DNA of 63,134 nucleotides, counting the filler, from Squatina squatina (Eukaryota), in assembly GCA_031763465.1 (NCBI GenBank). It is 4 parts of 4 records of this genome, joined end to end, with 100 filler letters (N's around TTAATTAATTAA, not from the genome) between each part and the next. Parts side by side here need not be neighbours in the genome. Positions count along the whole stretch, not along the records: positions 16,601 to 31,058 come from JARFOE010000001.1; positions 31,159 to 50,062 come from JARFOE010000219.1; 2 more parts are not named here. One strand, given 5' to 3'. A program made the position numbers and the translations under genes. Every line of letters starts with the position of its first letter. The first letter of the stretch is position 1. The notes under the pieces are model-generated. The model had not been told where the DNA came from and made no database searches. It saw nothing but the letters and a program-made list of their open reading frames with translations. This document shows positions 25,278 to 37,539 of this stretch, in pieces.

Positions 25278-26683
25278 CTAACAAGACCTCCTTGTTTTGA
25301 CCAGTTTGCTCTGATACTTGACAGAGTGTCCTCCATGTCCTATGACATAAACATCCAAAAGGTATGATTTGCCTGGCTGTAGTCCTCTGATTGTCTCTGT
25401 AGTCACTGCTTTCTGTAGGATATGACTATGGAAATATTTGCAGACTACCTTCTCAGATTTCTTTCTGGTGTCTGGTCCAATACATTGGTTCTGCTCTCTT
25501 TTCTTCTGCTCTTCGCTGTAGTTATTCTCCACAAGCTTTTTATAAACACAGAACTTGTTTCGCTCCTGTGTGCCCAGCCATGCCACTGTGATTGAGGAGC
25601 ATGTACGGAGCCTGTCAAAGACTTTTATGCGTGTGTCTTCTGGTACAGATGGGAAGGGTTGCTTGTTTGGCCTGTTGGTGGCTAGGATCTTCAGCATGGA
25701 TGCACCTTTCTTACTCCCTTTCAGCCTGATGAGGTACTTGGCTTTTGGTTTTCCTCTGAGCTGGAAGTGGCGTACACCTTCCATATTCTGTGAAAGCAGC
25801 AGTTTCCCATCTCTCCTAACCTGGATTTGGACTGCGTCCAGACATGAGTGAACATAAAGCATCNNNNNNNNNNNNNNNNNNNNNNNNNNNNNNNNNNNNN
25901 NNNNATACTAGAATTCAAATCAACAATTAAAGTAAAATACTAGGGTCTAAGCTTAAGGAATCACTTTATCACCCATCTAAAATAATTGGTTTCTTTGATA
26001 TTTTCCCAGTATGACACAGCTGTTTCTTGGAATAACAGCAAAAATGTCAAAATAGTACTGTGTGTCTGGTTTCAGGTCTGACACAGTGAAAATATTTTTG
26101 TTTCCAATGCAAATCTGCTGAAGGTCCACCTTCCGTGCTCCACCCATATATCGTGACATCCGTGGGGTGACTGGTTTGGCCATGATCATTCGTTCTCTGC
26201 CAGGGCCACTGTCTGAAGTAAAGCCAAAGTAGGCAAAATCGAAAGGGCTGAAATCTAATCCAGGCTTGGGAGCTGTCATAAAGGCATCATCAGCATTTAG
26301 TTTTGCTTCCACTGCACAAAGACTTTTGAAGTTATGCTCCTTATTAATGATCACTCAATATTGGATGGGTTGCCTCAGTTGTGAAATAGTAGGACTAGGT
26401 TTCCAGGCTAAAGTGACAGTTGTACGTCCAAGGGAGGTCACGTCCACACGTGGGTCATAGGGGAGCTCAGGATAAGGCTGATCTGATTCAGGGGTGGTTG
26501 TTGCGTAAACCTTGAAATTTGTATCTTTTTCTGTTGAAATCAGTTCCAAACGGTACAAACCAGAGGGTGAATTGGATGCTAAGTATGATTCAACATCATT
26601 GCCTTTGTAGGAGTACAGATCAGTGCCTAGTTCATTCAGTACTTGCTGTTTTTGCTTCTGCTCATCCAGTGGTTCTGGTTCTC
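25278..26683 (-). CDS. NDNF: neuron-derived neurotrophic factor, large terminal exon (FN3 domains), interrupted as assembled
   Basis: Acceptor ctttatcttcccag|26683, phase 1. One frame gives ...YSYKGNDVE...YATTTPESDQPYPELPYDPRVDVTSLGRTTVTLAWKPSP...HNFKSLCAVEAKL...SYLLDVYVIGHGGHSVKYQSKLVKTRRSC*. It contains an in-frame TGA at 26355-26357 and a non-homologous or N block at 25863-26033. Confidence 0.96.
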
Positions 26684-26892
26684 CTGGGAAGATAAAGACT
26701 AGTTAATATAAACTTGGTAGTAACTCTTGTTCCATAACAATATATCTATAATCTCAGCGCTGGTTCAACAAATGACTCGTTGAACCAGGTAATACCTGAA
26801 AGCAAGCTCTTATTCTAGGTTCCATATAATTAGCAATGCATGCAAGTCATTGAAGCTCAACCACAAAGGCTTTATCTCATTAGTTATTTATC

Positions 26893-27045
26893 TCATTATT
26901 GTTTGTGGGACCTTGCTGTGCACAGGTTGGCTGCCATGTTTGCCTGCATAACAACACCGACTACACTTTAAAAGTAATTCATTGGTTGTGAAGATCTTTA
27001 AGATGTCCTGAGGACATAGCAAGCACTATATAAATGGAAGTGTTT
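26893..27045 (+). mobile_element. SINE 3' region with L2-like tail
   Basis: tcattattgtttgtgggaccttgctgtgcacaggttggctgcc...cattggttgtgaag...gcactatataaatggaagt is the reverse complement of the tails at 15158-15250 and 40617-40716. Confidence 0.7.
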
Positions 27046-27238
27046 CCATCTTTCCTTATATACTCCTGATTTTACTGACACCAAAGTGGCCTAGATTGAT
27101 ATGAATCAGGCATAGTTTTCATGCAAAGTGCACCCTTAAGCTCACCAAAAACGGTCCAGAAATCAATAGTGATTATCTAACATTCCTGTATATAACAAAA
27201 TTGTTCTCCGTGAATCTAACACTAACTTTTTATACAGA

Positions 27239-27303
27239 AGCGAAATACTGCGGATGCTGGAATCTAGAATACAAACAAAAAATGCTGGAAAAACTCAGCA
27301 GGT
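27239..27303 (-). mobile_element. Penelope-type terminal repeat segment
   Basis: aaatactgcggatgctggaatct...aaatgctggaaaaactcagcaggt is the reverse complement of 19944-20011. Confidence 0.75.
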
Positions 27304-30229
27304 NNNNNNNNNNNNNNNNNNNNNNNNNNNNNNNNNNNNNNNNNNNNNNNNNNNNNNNNNNNNNNNNNNNNNNNNNNNNNNNNNNNNNNNNNNNNNNNNN
27401 NNNACCATGCAGAAACGCACATCACATATATTTGATATTTAAAATGTTCCAATCAGCTACATTGATAACGGCAAAATCAGTGTGTGGCAGGCCTGACCTG
27501 AATCGCAAGTAAGTGCTTTGATTTTATTTTTGTGCATGAACAAGGATATCTCAGCTTAATTTTATGTAATACATCAGAATTTTGCAAAGCTGATGTTCAC
27601 GCCTGTAGTGATTATTTTCCACAGAATTATACAGCCTGCTGTGAAATTAGGTTTGGCATCTTTAGTAACACTGGAAGAGAATATGCAAGAAACAAACCTT
27701 CTGACTCTGGGTTACTGGTATTACCAAGCTCTTCTTTAGAGAACGCAATCACGTCAACCATAAAATAAAACTCTGAAGATTCAATGAAAGTTTACGTAGT
27801 GTATGCCATAAAGAATGGTTCCATTTATTTCAAGAGGGCAGGCACCATGGACCAGCATGAGAGTCAATCCAGAGCTGCCCAGATCCAAAGGCTACATGCT
27901 CAACTGGCGAAGAGCAGTTTGTGTTTGGCTGACTCTAGAGCTGCTCTCAGGCTGGCCTCCAGAAAGAACATGGAATGGCTCTGAGTTGCAGGGAGACCCA
28001 CCACTGACATCACTGGAACAACTCTGGAGGAAAGTAAATTCAAATTAATTTTGAAGATCTTATTCAACAGGTAACACATATACTTTACCACATTTCACTA
28101 ATATAGAGACTGAGCAGATTGTAGTTACCCAGCACTTTCCACACCCTTTAACATGAAATGCATTATTATGTTGAGCTATTATCTAAGATTGATTCAGAAA
28201 GTTATTTTCTAGAATGGGGACCTAGAAGCATTTGTTTTATATTCTGTACTTTAATTAATGATCTGTTCCCTATTCCAGGTTAGACATTATTGGCATATAT
28301 AACCAAAATAATGCACTAACTACAGCTGAAATCAATTTTTCATTTTGGAATAAGATTGCAACCACATTACGTCAGAAAAACAACAGAGCTATTGAAGCTT
28401 ATGGCTCCAAATGCTTTTTGCAAAGCAATTTTTCATAAACCTAGACTCCAAAATATGTAGTTCAGTATCAAGTGTTGTTATACGTATTGACAGGATTTCT
28501 AAAGACAACATCAGAGGGAAAATGACATTTTCAAATGTTTGTAAGATTGTCCTGCATTATTTAGGAAGGCTCAAGGTTGTGCAAGCTTTGTGGTAGTGTT
28601 CACAACACTGTGGAAAGGTTTACATATGCTACTGGTTCCCTTCGGCACCCAAGATGGATTTATTTATAAAGATACAGTACTGAATTTAAATTTGAAATGT
28701 TGTTTGTACTGGGCTCCCATCCAAGTAGACTTTTAGACATTACGCAGCATAGGGGGCAAAATGGATACAAGACAGGTTATAGTGATATCTTAATAGTTCC
28801 CTGCTGTAGACATTTTATGGTAAAAGTCCAATTGTTGGTTTAGAATTTAAGAAGTTGGGTGCTGATCATATAGCAGGTGGGAATAAATTGGAAAAAATTA
28901 CTTCCCCTTAACGTGAATGGAATTATGCCACACTCTGTTTCCACTCTGCAGACATTAGATCATTGCTCCTGTTACCTATATTGTGTGTACAAAAATTGAT
29001 CCCAGTGAATTGATTTTTTTCTGTTAGGGATGCAGAAGCTGAATTTATGGACTGTGTTCATTATGGAGTAAGGAGAGAAATTCAAACTCGACTGCATTAA
29101 TGCAGGCCTCTGGATTACTAGTTCAACAATATAAGTACCCCCGGTAGCTCTATGGCAACTCTCCCAGTGATTTTATAATATATAATTGGAAAAATATCTA
29201 TTTATCACAAAAACATAAATTACAAAATGTTACTTGAAACAGGTTTTCTATTCATGTTATCTGTTCAAATTTATCANNNNNNNNNNNNNNNNNNNNNNNN
29301 NNNNNNNNNNNNNNNNNNNNNNNNNNNNNNNNNNNNNNNNNNNNNNNNNNNNNNNNNNNNNNNNNNNNNNNNNNNNTATCACATAGCTCACAGAATCCCT
29401 TCCTTCCCCAGAAAAAACCTAATTGGAGGAGTATTGGCAGCAGAGCTGGAAAATGTTTTGAAATTTGACTTGATGAAATGGACTTTCCTTGAACCCTCTT
29501 TTCAATTGCTAGAAACTGCACTTGAACTTTACTCTGAGGAAATTAATCCTAAACGGGGAACAAAATACACTCTTCATATAGTCAAAGCACAATTTTCTAC
29601 TACTTCACTTTAATTATATGATTACTTAAGGAGCTAAGTGCTGACTAGAATTGGGTCCCTCTTACTCAAGCAAAATTCAAAATGATAGTCACATATTTTC
29701 CAGTGTTGTGCATGTCATATGAAGGGATCATAAATAAACTGTAAGTGATGGCAACTTCAGGGTTAATCCAAATTTATGGCTGCACTGAACTGGTAAATTT
29801 ATGTTTCTCACTTGTCCAACCCATAGCACAAATATGTATCAAGTCTGGCATTCATAATATCTCAGGTTACAAATCCCAAGTCATGTCATGAGAAATTGTA
29901 ATTCAATTGGTCCCTGATCTGATCATAAAAGTGAATTATAAGACTAGTTGTTAAAAATCTATCTTATAATAGCACAAACATGTATGCTACATTAGCCACA
30001 TTTCGGTAGTGGCTAAATGTAGTCCAGTATCTGAGGAAATATTCAGGGTAAAAAAAAATATTGGTTCTGATATTGTTTCGGAAAAGGAAAATACACAATT
30101 ATACCAAAAATAAATCCACTAACCAAACTAACAGAGCTGTTTTATATCACAACCTTCTCTCAGCAAGAAAAATATTAAAAAGAAAATCTGCTTCAGTTAT
30201 TTAAAAATTAGGCATAATTCACACAAAGA

Positions 30230-30855
30230 TCTGCTCATCTGCTGCTGAAACCCTTATCCATGCCTTTGTTACTGCTAGACTTGGCTATTCCAAAGCACTC
30301 CTGGCCAACCATTCATGTTTCCCTCTCCTAAACTTGAGGTCATCCATAACTCTGCTGCCCGTGTCCTAGCTCGCACCAAGTCCCGCTCACCCATCACCCC
30401 TGTGCTCGCTGACCTACATTGGCTCCTGGTTAAGCAATGCCACAATTTTAAAATTCTCATCCTTGTTTTCAAATCCGTCCATGGCCTTGCCCCTCCCTAT
30501 CTCTGTAATCTCCTCCAGCATGACAACACCACCGCACCGCCCCCCCACCCCGAGATATTTGCACTTCTCTAATTCTGCCCTCTGAGCATCCCTGATTTCA
30601 ATCATTTCATCATTTGTGGCCGTGCCTTCAGCTGCGACGCTCTGGAATTGTCTCCCTAAACCTCTCCGCCTCTCTACCTCTTTTTCATCCTTTATGATGC
30701 TCCTTAAAACTTATCTCTTTGACTGATATTTTGGTCACCTGTTCTAACATCTCCTTATGTGGCTTGGTGTCAAATTTTATTTTATAACGCTCCTGTTAAG
30801 CACCTTGGAACATTTTACTACTTTAAAGGTACTATATAAGTACAACTTGTTGTTG
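30230..30855 (+). mobile_element. L2-clade LINE, 5'-truncated (ORF2 C-terminus plus 3' tail)
   Basis: Encodes AETLIHAFVT.RL.YS..LL and NSAARVLARTKSRSPITPVLADLHWL...FKILILVFKSVHGLAPPYL, and ends tataagtacaacttgttgttgt. Confidence 0.9.
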
Positions 30856-31058
30856 TACAAAATAATAAACAGGTAACAATACTATTTCCTTATTCTGTGG
30901 CTGATTGTTTTTACTGTAAAAGAAAGTTTAGAAATTGCTGTTAACGATATTACTGAACAAATGGTGAATACGTTTATAGAAAGTCCATTATTTACCAAAG
31001 GTATTGATTCCTTTATTTTAAAATAACATCTCTGCTAAAATAATGGACAGGGGAATAT

Positions 31059-31158
31059 NNNNNNNNNNNNNNNNNNNNNNNNNNNNNNNNNNNNNNNNNN
31101 NNTTAATTAATTAANNNNNNNNNNNNNNNNNNNNNNNNNNNNNNNNNNNNNNNNNNNN
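31059..31158. other. artificial scaffold-joining spacer N44-TTAATTAATTAA-N44
   Basis: Linker at 31103-31114. Confidence 0.95.
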
Positions 31159-31214
31159 CTGACCCCTAAATTAAGTGTCTAAAATTTGGGTCCAAATTCT
31201 CAGCTTCTACATCG

Positions 31215-31405
31215 GGATCTCTTCGTGTCCTGGCCAAGAATCCTCCCTCAATCAAAATTATCAACTGACTGTAAGTTCTTACTGTGTGAAAAATGGTTTC
31301 TGTAGTTGCCTACATAACAAACATATCATTTCAGGTAACTCATTATCTCTAAACCTCTTTAAGCTCTTTCTGATAATGTGAGATGGCATTATATAAATTC
31401 AAATC
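31215..31405 (+). mobile_element. degenerate SINE 3' region
   Basis: gtgtcctggccaagaatcctccctcaatcaa...gttgcctacataacaa...ggcattatataaattcaa, the same family as 26893-27045. Confidence 0.5.
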
Positions 31406-33586
31406 CTTCCTTCTTTGCAACAGCTTTGCTATGCCCTTTCTTTTCATATAGCATGCTGTATGTATAGTTCTAAATATATCCTTAGAGAGAATGCCTCGTG
31501 AATGAATATTATAAATGTGTACATCTTAAGTAATAATACTGAGCATGATTTGATGTCAAGTTTTATTGTACATTATATGGAAAGTTTTTAATCAACTTCC
31601 TTCTAGCTCCACCCAAGACAAAAACAGCTCATAACTTTATCCAGAATATAATTCTTTTTTCAATTCCCACAAGGGATTTGGTCTTGTAGGAGTAATCAGT
31701 CAAAGAGTTCCAAACAGGATTGAAGTGCAATAATATCAAACTGGCAATTACAAGGATAGTGTAACACAGAAGATGACAGCCTCCAGGTACGGTGAATGAT
31801 TATTATTGCTTCGGGTCCATAAACATAGCATTGCCAGTTTTGCATTAGAGGCAATGAATGCTGCAATTGCAGTTATGGTATTTCACAAATGGAATTTATT
31901 TGACAATGAGGATTTGGTAAGGTGAAACCCATCTATTATGTTAGTTATCCAGTGAAAAAAATATGAAAAAAGGGTTTTTGACAATGTATCCGATTAAAAA
32001 AAAGTGTACTGATAGTGAATCCTAATGTTTACAAGGTTTTAGAGGATGTGTATTNNNNNNNNNNNNNNNNNNNNNNNNNNNNNNNNNNNNNNNNNNNNNN
32101 NNNNNNNNNNNNNNNNNNNNNNNNNNNNNNNNNNNNNNNNNNNNNNNNNNNNNNTGACCTCTTCAATTACTGGACTTATAAATAGCTGTACAACATAAGT
32201 TGTGAGCTCATGTTTATTCTAGAATGAAAGTTAACTCTGTTACACATTGTCTTAGTACACTGTACTAAGATTTATTTTTCTAGAAGAAAGTGTGAGTATT
32301 GATTTGAGGAAATTATTATTCTGAGCATCTGAAGAGATTTCCCTCAGTATGATGTTCGACTAAAAGGAGAACAAGCAAAACAGATCAGCAGACCAAATGC
32401 AAACATAGCAAAGCTAACCAGTGAAAGAGCAAAGAAATCCAAATATATGGGTGATCAATACATATTGATCATTAGCAGGAGATTATTCCAAAGGCCAGGT
32501 GCAGCAATTGACTGCAATTTCACCTGCAGAAGATTTTTCACAGGGCTTACCTCATCCCTGGACTCGTTTATCAAAACAGATTGCCCTATTTAAAACACAT
32601 TTAATGATGATTTTTTGCTGAACATCTTGAAGGTGAGTATGGTTTTACATATTCACTTTGAAACACTGGTCAAGTAATTCCAGCGAGTGAAAGGTATTGG
32701 TTCAGTTTCTATGGTTTTATTCAAAATACTGAGTCTTCGGTGTTTATTGGAACAGATCCCCACCTAGACATGTCTTGTGTTTTGAGAGTATTCTAAATTT
32801 CAGTACTTTTCTTTGTTTCCAGAGATCATGATTAGTCAGCATTTTAATTATGCAATGTAATAAGCTATTGGCCCAAAGGTTGCTAAAAGAGATTTGATCC
32901 CAAATTTACTGGTCAACCAAGTAGTGAATTCCATGATTTTCTCAGATTTCTAAAAGTCAAATTCAAAGTAATTTCATTGCTGTTTCACAGCATAAACATG
33001 TGACATGACTGAGCACCTTTTATAGAAGTTTGGATCTTCATTTAAAAACAATAAACAATAAAAACACTAAATATTTTGCATCTGAATTTGTTTCAAAAAT
33101 GATTTTTTATAATTTCTATAGCTTTTCTATAAACTAGCTTAAAGTTTTTAATCTCTTCCCTTAAAATCATTCTCGAAAATAAATGAGAAAGTCTAGTCTC
33201 AAGGATTTACCTTGTTTGTTTATTCACTAGGTTGCCCTCAAGCTCTTATGATGGAATGCTTATATCAACAATATAATAGATGGGAAAGAAATTTTTTTTT
33301 TAAACATAGCAAAGTTAATAACTATCTCATATAAATGTTCCAAATTCATCGTCTGTAATTTTTAAAGATTCAGTTATAATGCCTGGAAATTCAAATTCTT
33401 AGTTCACACAAATGCCCAATGGTACAAGCATTCTAGAATGAAGTCACGTCTGTTTATCATTTTCAAGAGATTGATGCGTAGGACAATCATTCTCTGACTT
33501 TGTGATAATCTTATTAGTTCAAGGGATTTGTAATGGTTTTACTCTGTGATTGAAGACAAACTGCAAAGGATCATGCATAATCTAAG

Positions 33587-34115
33587 GGGCACTTTCTACT
33601 TAGTAGGCAGTACATGGAAACCCGCCGGGACTGTCTAACTAGGTTACCTTTTAGTTCTATTTTACATCAACTCGCCTGGCATATTTCCTGGAGTTTTCCC
33701 AAAGTTATCTGAGGACGTTTTCTGTCCCATGCACTCTTCAATGGGCAAGCCTACCGTCTTTNNNNNNNNNNNNNNNNNNNNNNNNNNNNNNNNNNNNNNN
33801 NNNNNNNNNNNNNNNNNNNNNNNNNNNNNNNNNNNNNNNNNNNNNNNNNNNNNNNNNNNNNGCCCCTTTAAGGGCTGAGGTGGCCTGACACATGATTGAG
33901 GCTGCTTAGATCGTTTGCTGAATTGGACCACTGAAATCAGTGTAGCTCAATGAGTGCCAAACCTGAAACCATTAGCGCTGATTTATAGCGTATTTTAGAG
34001 CCCGCCCAAAAATATTTTTTTACCGCTACTTAAAACATCAGCGCAAAACAAACACAAAAATCACACCTTTTGGTCACCTTAAATTTGAAACGCAGCGCAG
34101 ACCAATTGGGCCCCC
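33587..34115. mobile_element. GC-rich MITE-like DNA transposon remnant, gap inside
   Basis: GC-rich block from ggggcactttc to ccaattgggccccc in AT-rich surroundings. Confidence 0.35.
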
Positions 34116-37100
34116 AGAATATTTACCATATGAAAGAGCCAATACCTGGGAAGTAGAGCTCTATAACCAATCAAGAGGACCGAATGATATCATAAAAGGG
34201 GAAAACAAAATCAGCTTTATCCTCCTGAATGCTCTGCCAGCATTTGTCAGTTTATGTATCACTGGTGAGGAAAAGGCTTCCGTGATCTCTGCTCCCACTG
34301 TTGGTTCCAAATTTTTAGACTGTACTAAAGTCATGTCAAAACTATATTGTGGCTCTGTAACTTCAAGTAAAAAAACAAGGCTACTTTTTCTCTATGGGAA
34401 AGGTACTGCAAAGTAATTTTTTGCAATTGGTCACTGGAGTATAATGCATTGTCTATATTATGCTGTAATTACCATTTTTTGAACTTTTTTTTTAAATGTT
34501 AGCATAATTGCAAAAAATTGGCATTGGACAAAAATTCTGTGACAGTGACAATGGAAAATAATTTAGCTATTTCACTCCAGTGGGACCTTGTTAATATTAT
34601 CTATGAGACTATTTCAGTTTTACTGCATATGTCTACAAACCCCCAGCGTATTGTGAAATGTTATCTCTCTAAATGGCACACTGTTACTGTTGAAGTATAC
34701 ACATCATAGAAAATGCAACTGAGTGTGAAAATCTTTATTTCACTGCAGAGATTTTCCCTTATATTTCAGAGAACATAAACTTATTTTTCCCTTGCACAAA
34801 TGAAGAGTGATATTCAGGTGTATCTCTTATTAGCATGGGATATCAGCTTAAAGAGTGTAATGTAGACAACAGTCTGTATGATCAGTGTTTTTGCAATATT
34901 TGCATAGTTCTCCAAGTAAACCATAATGAAGGCAATTACATTTCTGGTCCTTAAATTGTTACTAACAAAGGCCAGAATTTTATGGGGTCTGAGCAGGCGC
35001 GATTGGAGGGAAGTTTGGAAAATCTTGGAGCGGGTCGGGAACCTGCCACCGTCCCTTCCTCAGGCACGTTTTCCAGCGTGGCAGCGACCTAAATAGCAGA
35101 GGCGGCCAAGGAAATTAAGGTCATTATGAGGTACTTGTCAGACTCTTAAGCTTTCAAATTTCCCTGGATGAGCACGAGAATCACGCAGCTTGGTAATCAT
35201 GTCTGTGAACTTGAGGCAGAAGTTGAGTGGCCATTGATCCAGCTCATTAGTGCANNNNNNNNNNNNNNNNNNNNNNNNNNNNNNNNNNNNNNNNNNNNNN
35301 NNNNNNNNNNNNNNNNNNNNNNNNNNNNNNNNNNNNNNNNNNNNNNNNNNNNNNGGGGAAGGAAATATTTAAGAAACAAGCACTTAGTTGCCTCTAATAG
35401 ATTTCATTGAATTAAATGACGGCATTCAGAAGCCTGACATTAAGCGATTTTTTTTTATAAGTCTGTTTAATTAAAGGTACCAAAACTAACAGTAAGGAAA
35501 TATTTACAGGGGAATGAGTTCCTTGTTTCCTGCACTTTCCTTCCCCTCTCATGCTATTCTGATATAAATGATGTCCATCCCTAAAATGCCTATTGTGACC
35601 CTTGAAGTTTGATCAATAAATAGCAGTTTCCAGTTCAGCTTTTTATTCTTATTCACACAACAATGAAAAAAATGCCTACGGACTAGATGCTTGTTTTTAA
35701 TATTCAGTTCATGTAGTTTTCCTTGGCAGCACGTCTTTCACCTGTGCTTAAGAGTTGATTAAATGCTACTCTGCACAAGGATCTCTGTCAGTAAGAGAGA
35801 GTGTAAATTGCACAAGGAGTCTCACAATTATAGGAATCTGAGCCCTTTAGGGGCTTCATTTCAAATAATAGCAATCCTCCAATGTTCAGAGGTATGCAGA
35901 ATTAAATTTCCCAAGACAATAAAACTTGCAAAGTCATATTACTTGAAAAAAATGATTGTATCATCACTCCAGTTATAATGAAAGCATACTGGTGATTCTC
36001 TGTATATAAGGTGGCTCATAACATCTACAATTCAGTTTATTCAGTCTATCGATCAAATCCACTGTCTGGGACAGTTGTTTACATCAGTTTCCTTTATTCA
36101 CAAAATAGGCCATCAAAAGTTCACTTTCCAGTTTTATTTTAGAATTGTTGCCTCCATTTCCACTCAATAACCTCACAAAAATGAAGATATATTTCTCTCT
36201 ATCGAATGTTTTGTGTAAAATCATAAGTGACAAATTTTAAGCAAATTAAGCATCTGTCTTTTTTTTTAACCATTTTTAAAAAGATGATGTCGGGTGGACT
36301 CACTTTGGAAATTTGTCGGTACCAAAATTATTGATAAATAGCTTAATTTTACTGATTATCTTGTTTTATTTTGAGCCTAACTGCAGCAATCTCTTGATCA
36401 GGCACGACAGTGAATCGAATCCTTTTTGTTCATCGTTGCTTGAGCTCGACAGCTGCACTGGAAGTGTCTCTTCGCCTGTGTTGATAATACCTGTCAGCAG
36501 GTCAGAGAGAATAAATCCTGTTGTCTTTCATTTATTAAATATGCTTTAATCATTACTTTGACAAGGGCAAATTTAAAAAAAAATTAACAAATTTCCAATT
36601 ATGTGAATGAATATCTTATTAGTTCAGGCTGCAGTCTTGGTGAAATCAGGGGATAGACTTGCAATGTTCTGCAAATGTATTTCATATACTTCATTATTGT
36701 TAATAAGATTTGACTATGCCTCATCCAGTTCAATTTTAAATCTGCATCAGGCACCAATGATGTATAACAGTCAACAAACAAGGATGTGGGCAACTTCCAG
36801 AGAACTGTGCTGTCGTTCATCCTTGAGCACAATTATGTACCGTTGCATGCTGAACCAAATTCTGAATCTGATGTTGAGCAAACCTGAGCTCCATTTGGGC
36901 AAATCAGATACATGTTGGCCTGCTTTTAATGTAGAAAAGCTGCACCTACACATATGTGGCTATAATGCTACAGTCATACTAAACTATTGATCTCAGATCA
37001 GTAGCAACAGAAATCAGCTTTCAACTGGCACAACCACTGTCATACTGCAGCACTTCACTCTCACTGCCATGAGAGATTGCGTTGCATGCACAATTCCACT

Positions 37101-37539
37101 CATGCACAGAGCTCTGATCCGAAACAAAACATTTGTTAAGTTTTGAGAATATGATGGAAAAGTCCACTTTTTTTCAAAGCAGTAAAACAGCTCCACTAAA
37201 ATATATAAATTGCCATGTAGGTCCATCAGACCCTCTGAGCACTAGCTAAACCTGCCTTATAACCACACTGGAATTACACATCAAGCTGTGATATGGCCTC
37301 CTTACCCAGGGGTTCTTACTCTGTGTGCTCTAAAGTCAAATCAGTACCTGAGTTATACTGTCTCTTAGATTGTATAAAGTCACAATATTTGGGCACTTTA
37401 ATGTCTCTCTTTTCATTCAGTTATTTTCTTTGTTTTATTTCTCCAGAGCTTTTAAATTGGTTTGCATATTGGTTATAAGAAAAGGTTGGAAAATACAATA
37501 GAAATGCTGTAAACACTTCAAAAATAACAGAAAATGTGA

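Noticed and set aside
25555-25851. Plus-strand ORFs overlapping NDNF (also 26266-26460)
   Set aside because: Antisense shadows of the NDNF coding frame.
32349-32632. Plus-strand exon ending at the strong donor AAG|GTGAGT near 32632
   Set aside because: Frames from the plausible acceptors hit stops before the donor and no homology was recognised. It could be non-coding, but that is unsupported.
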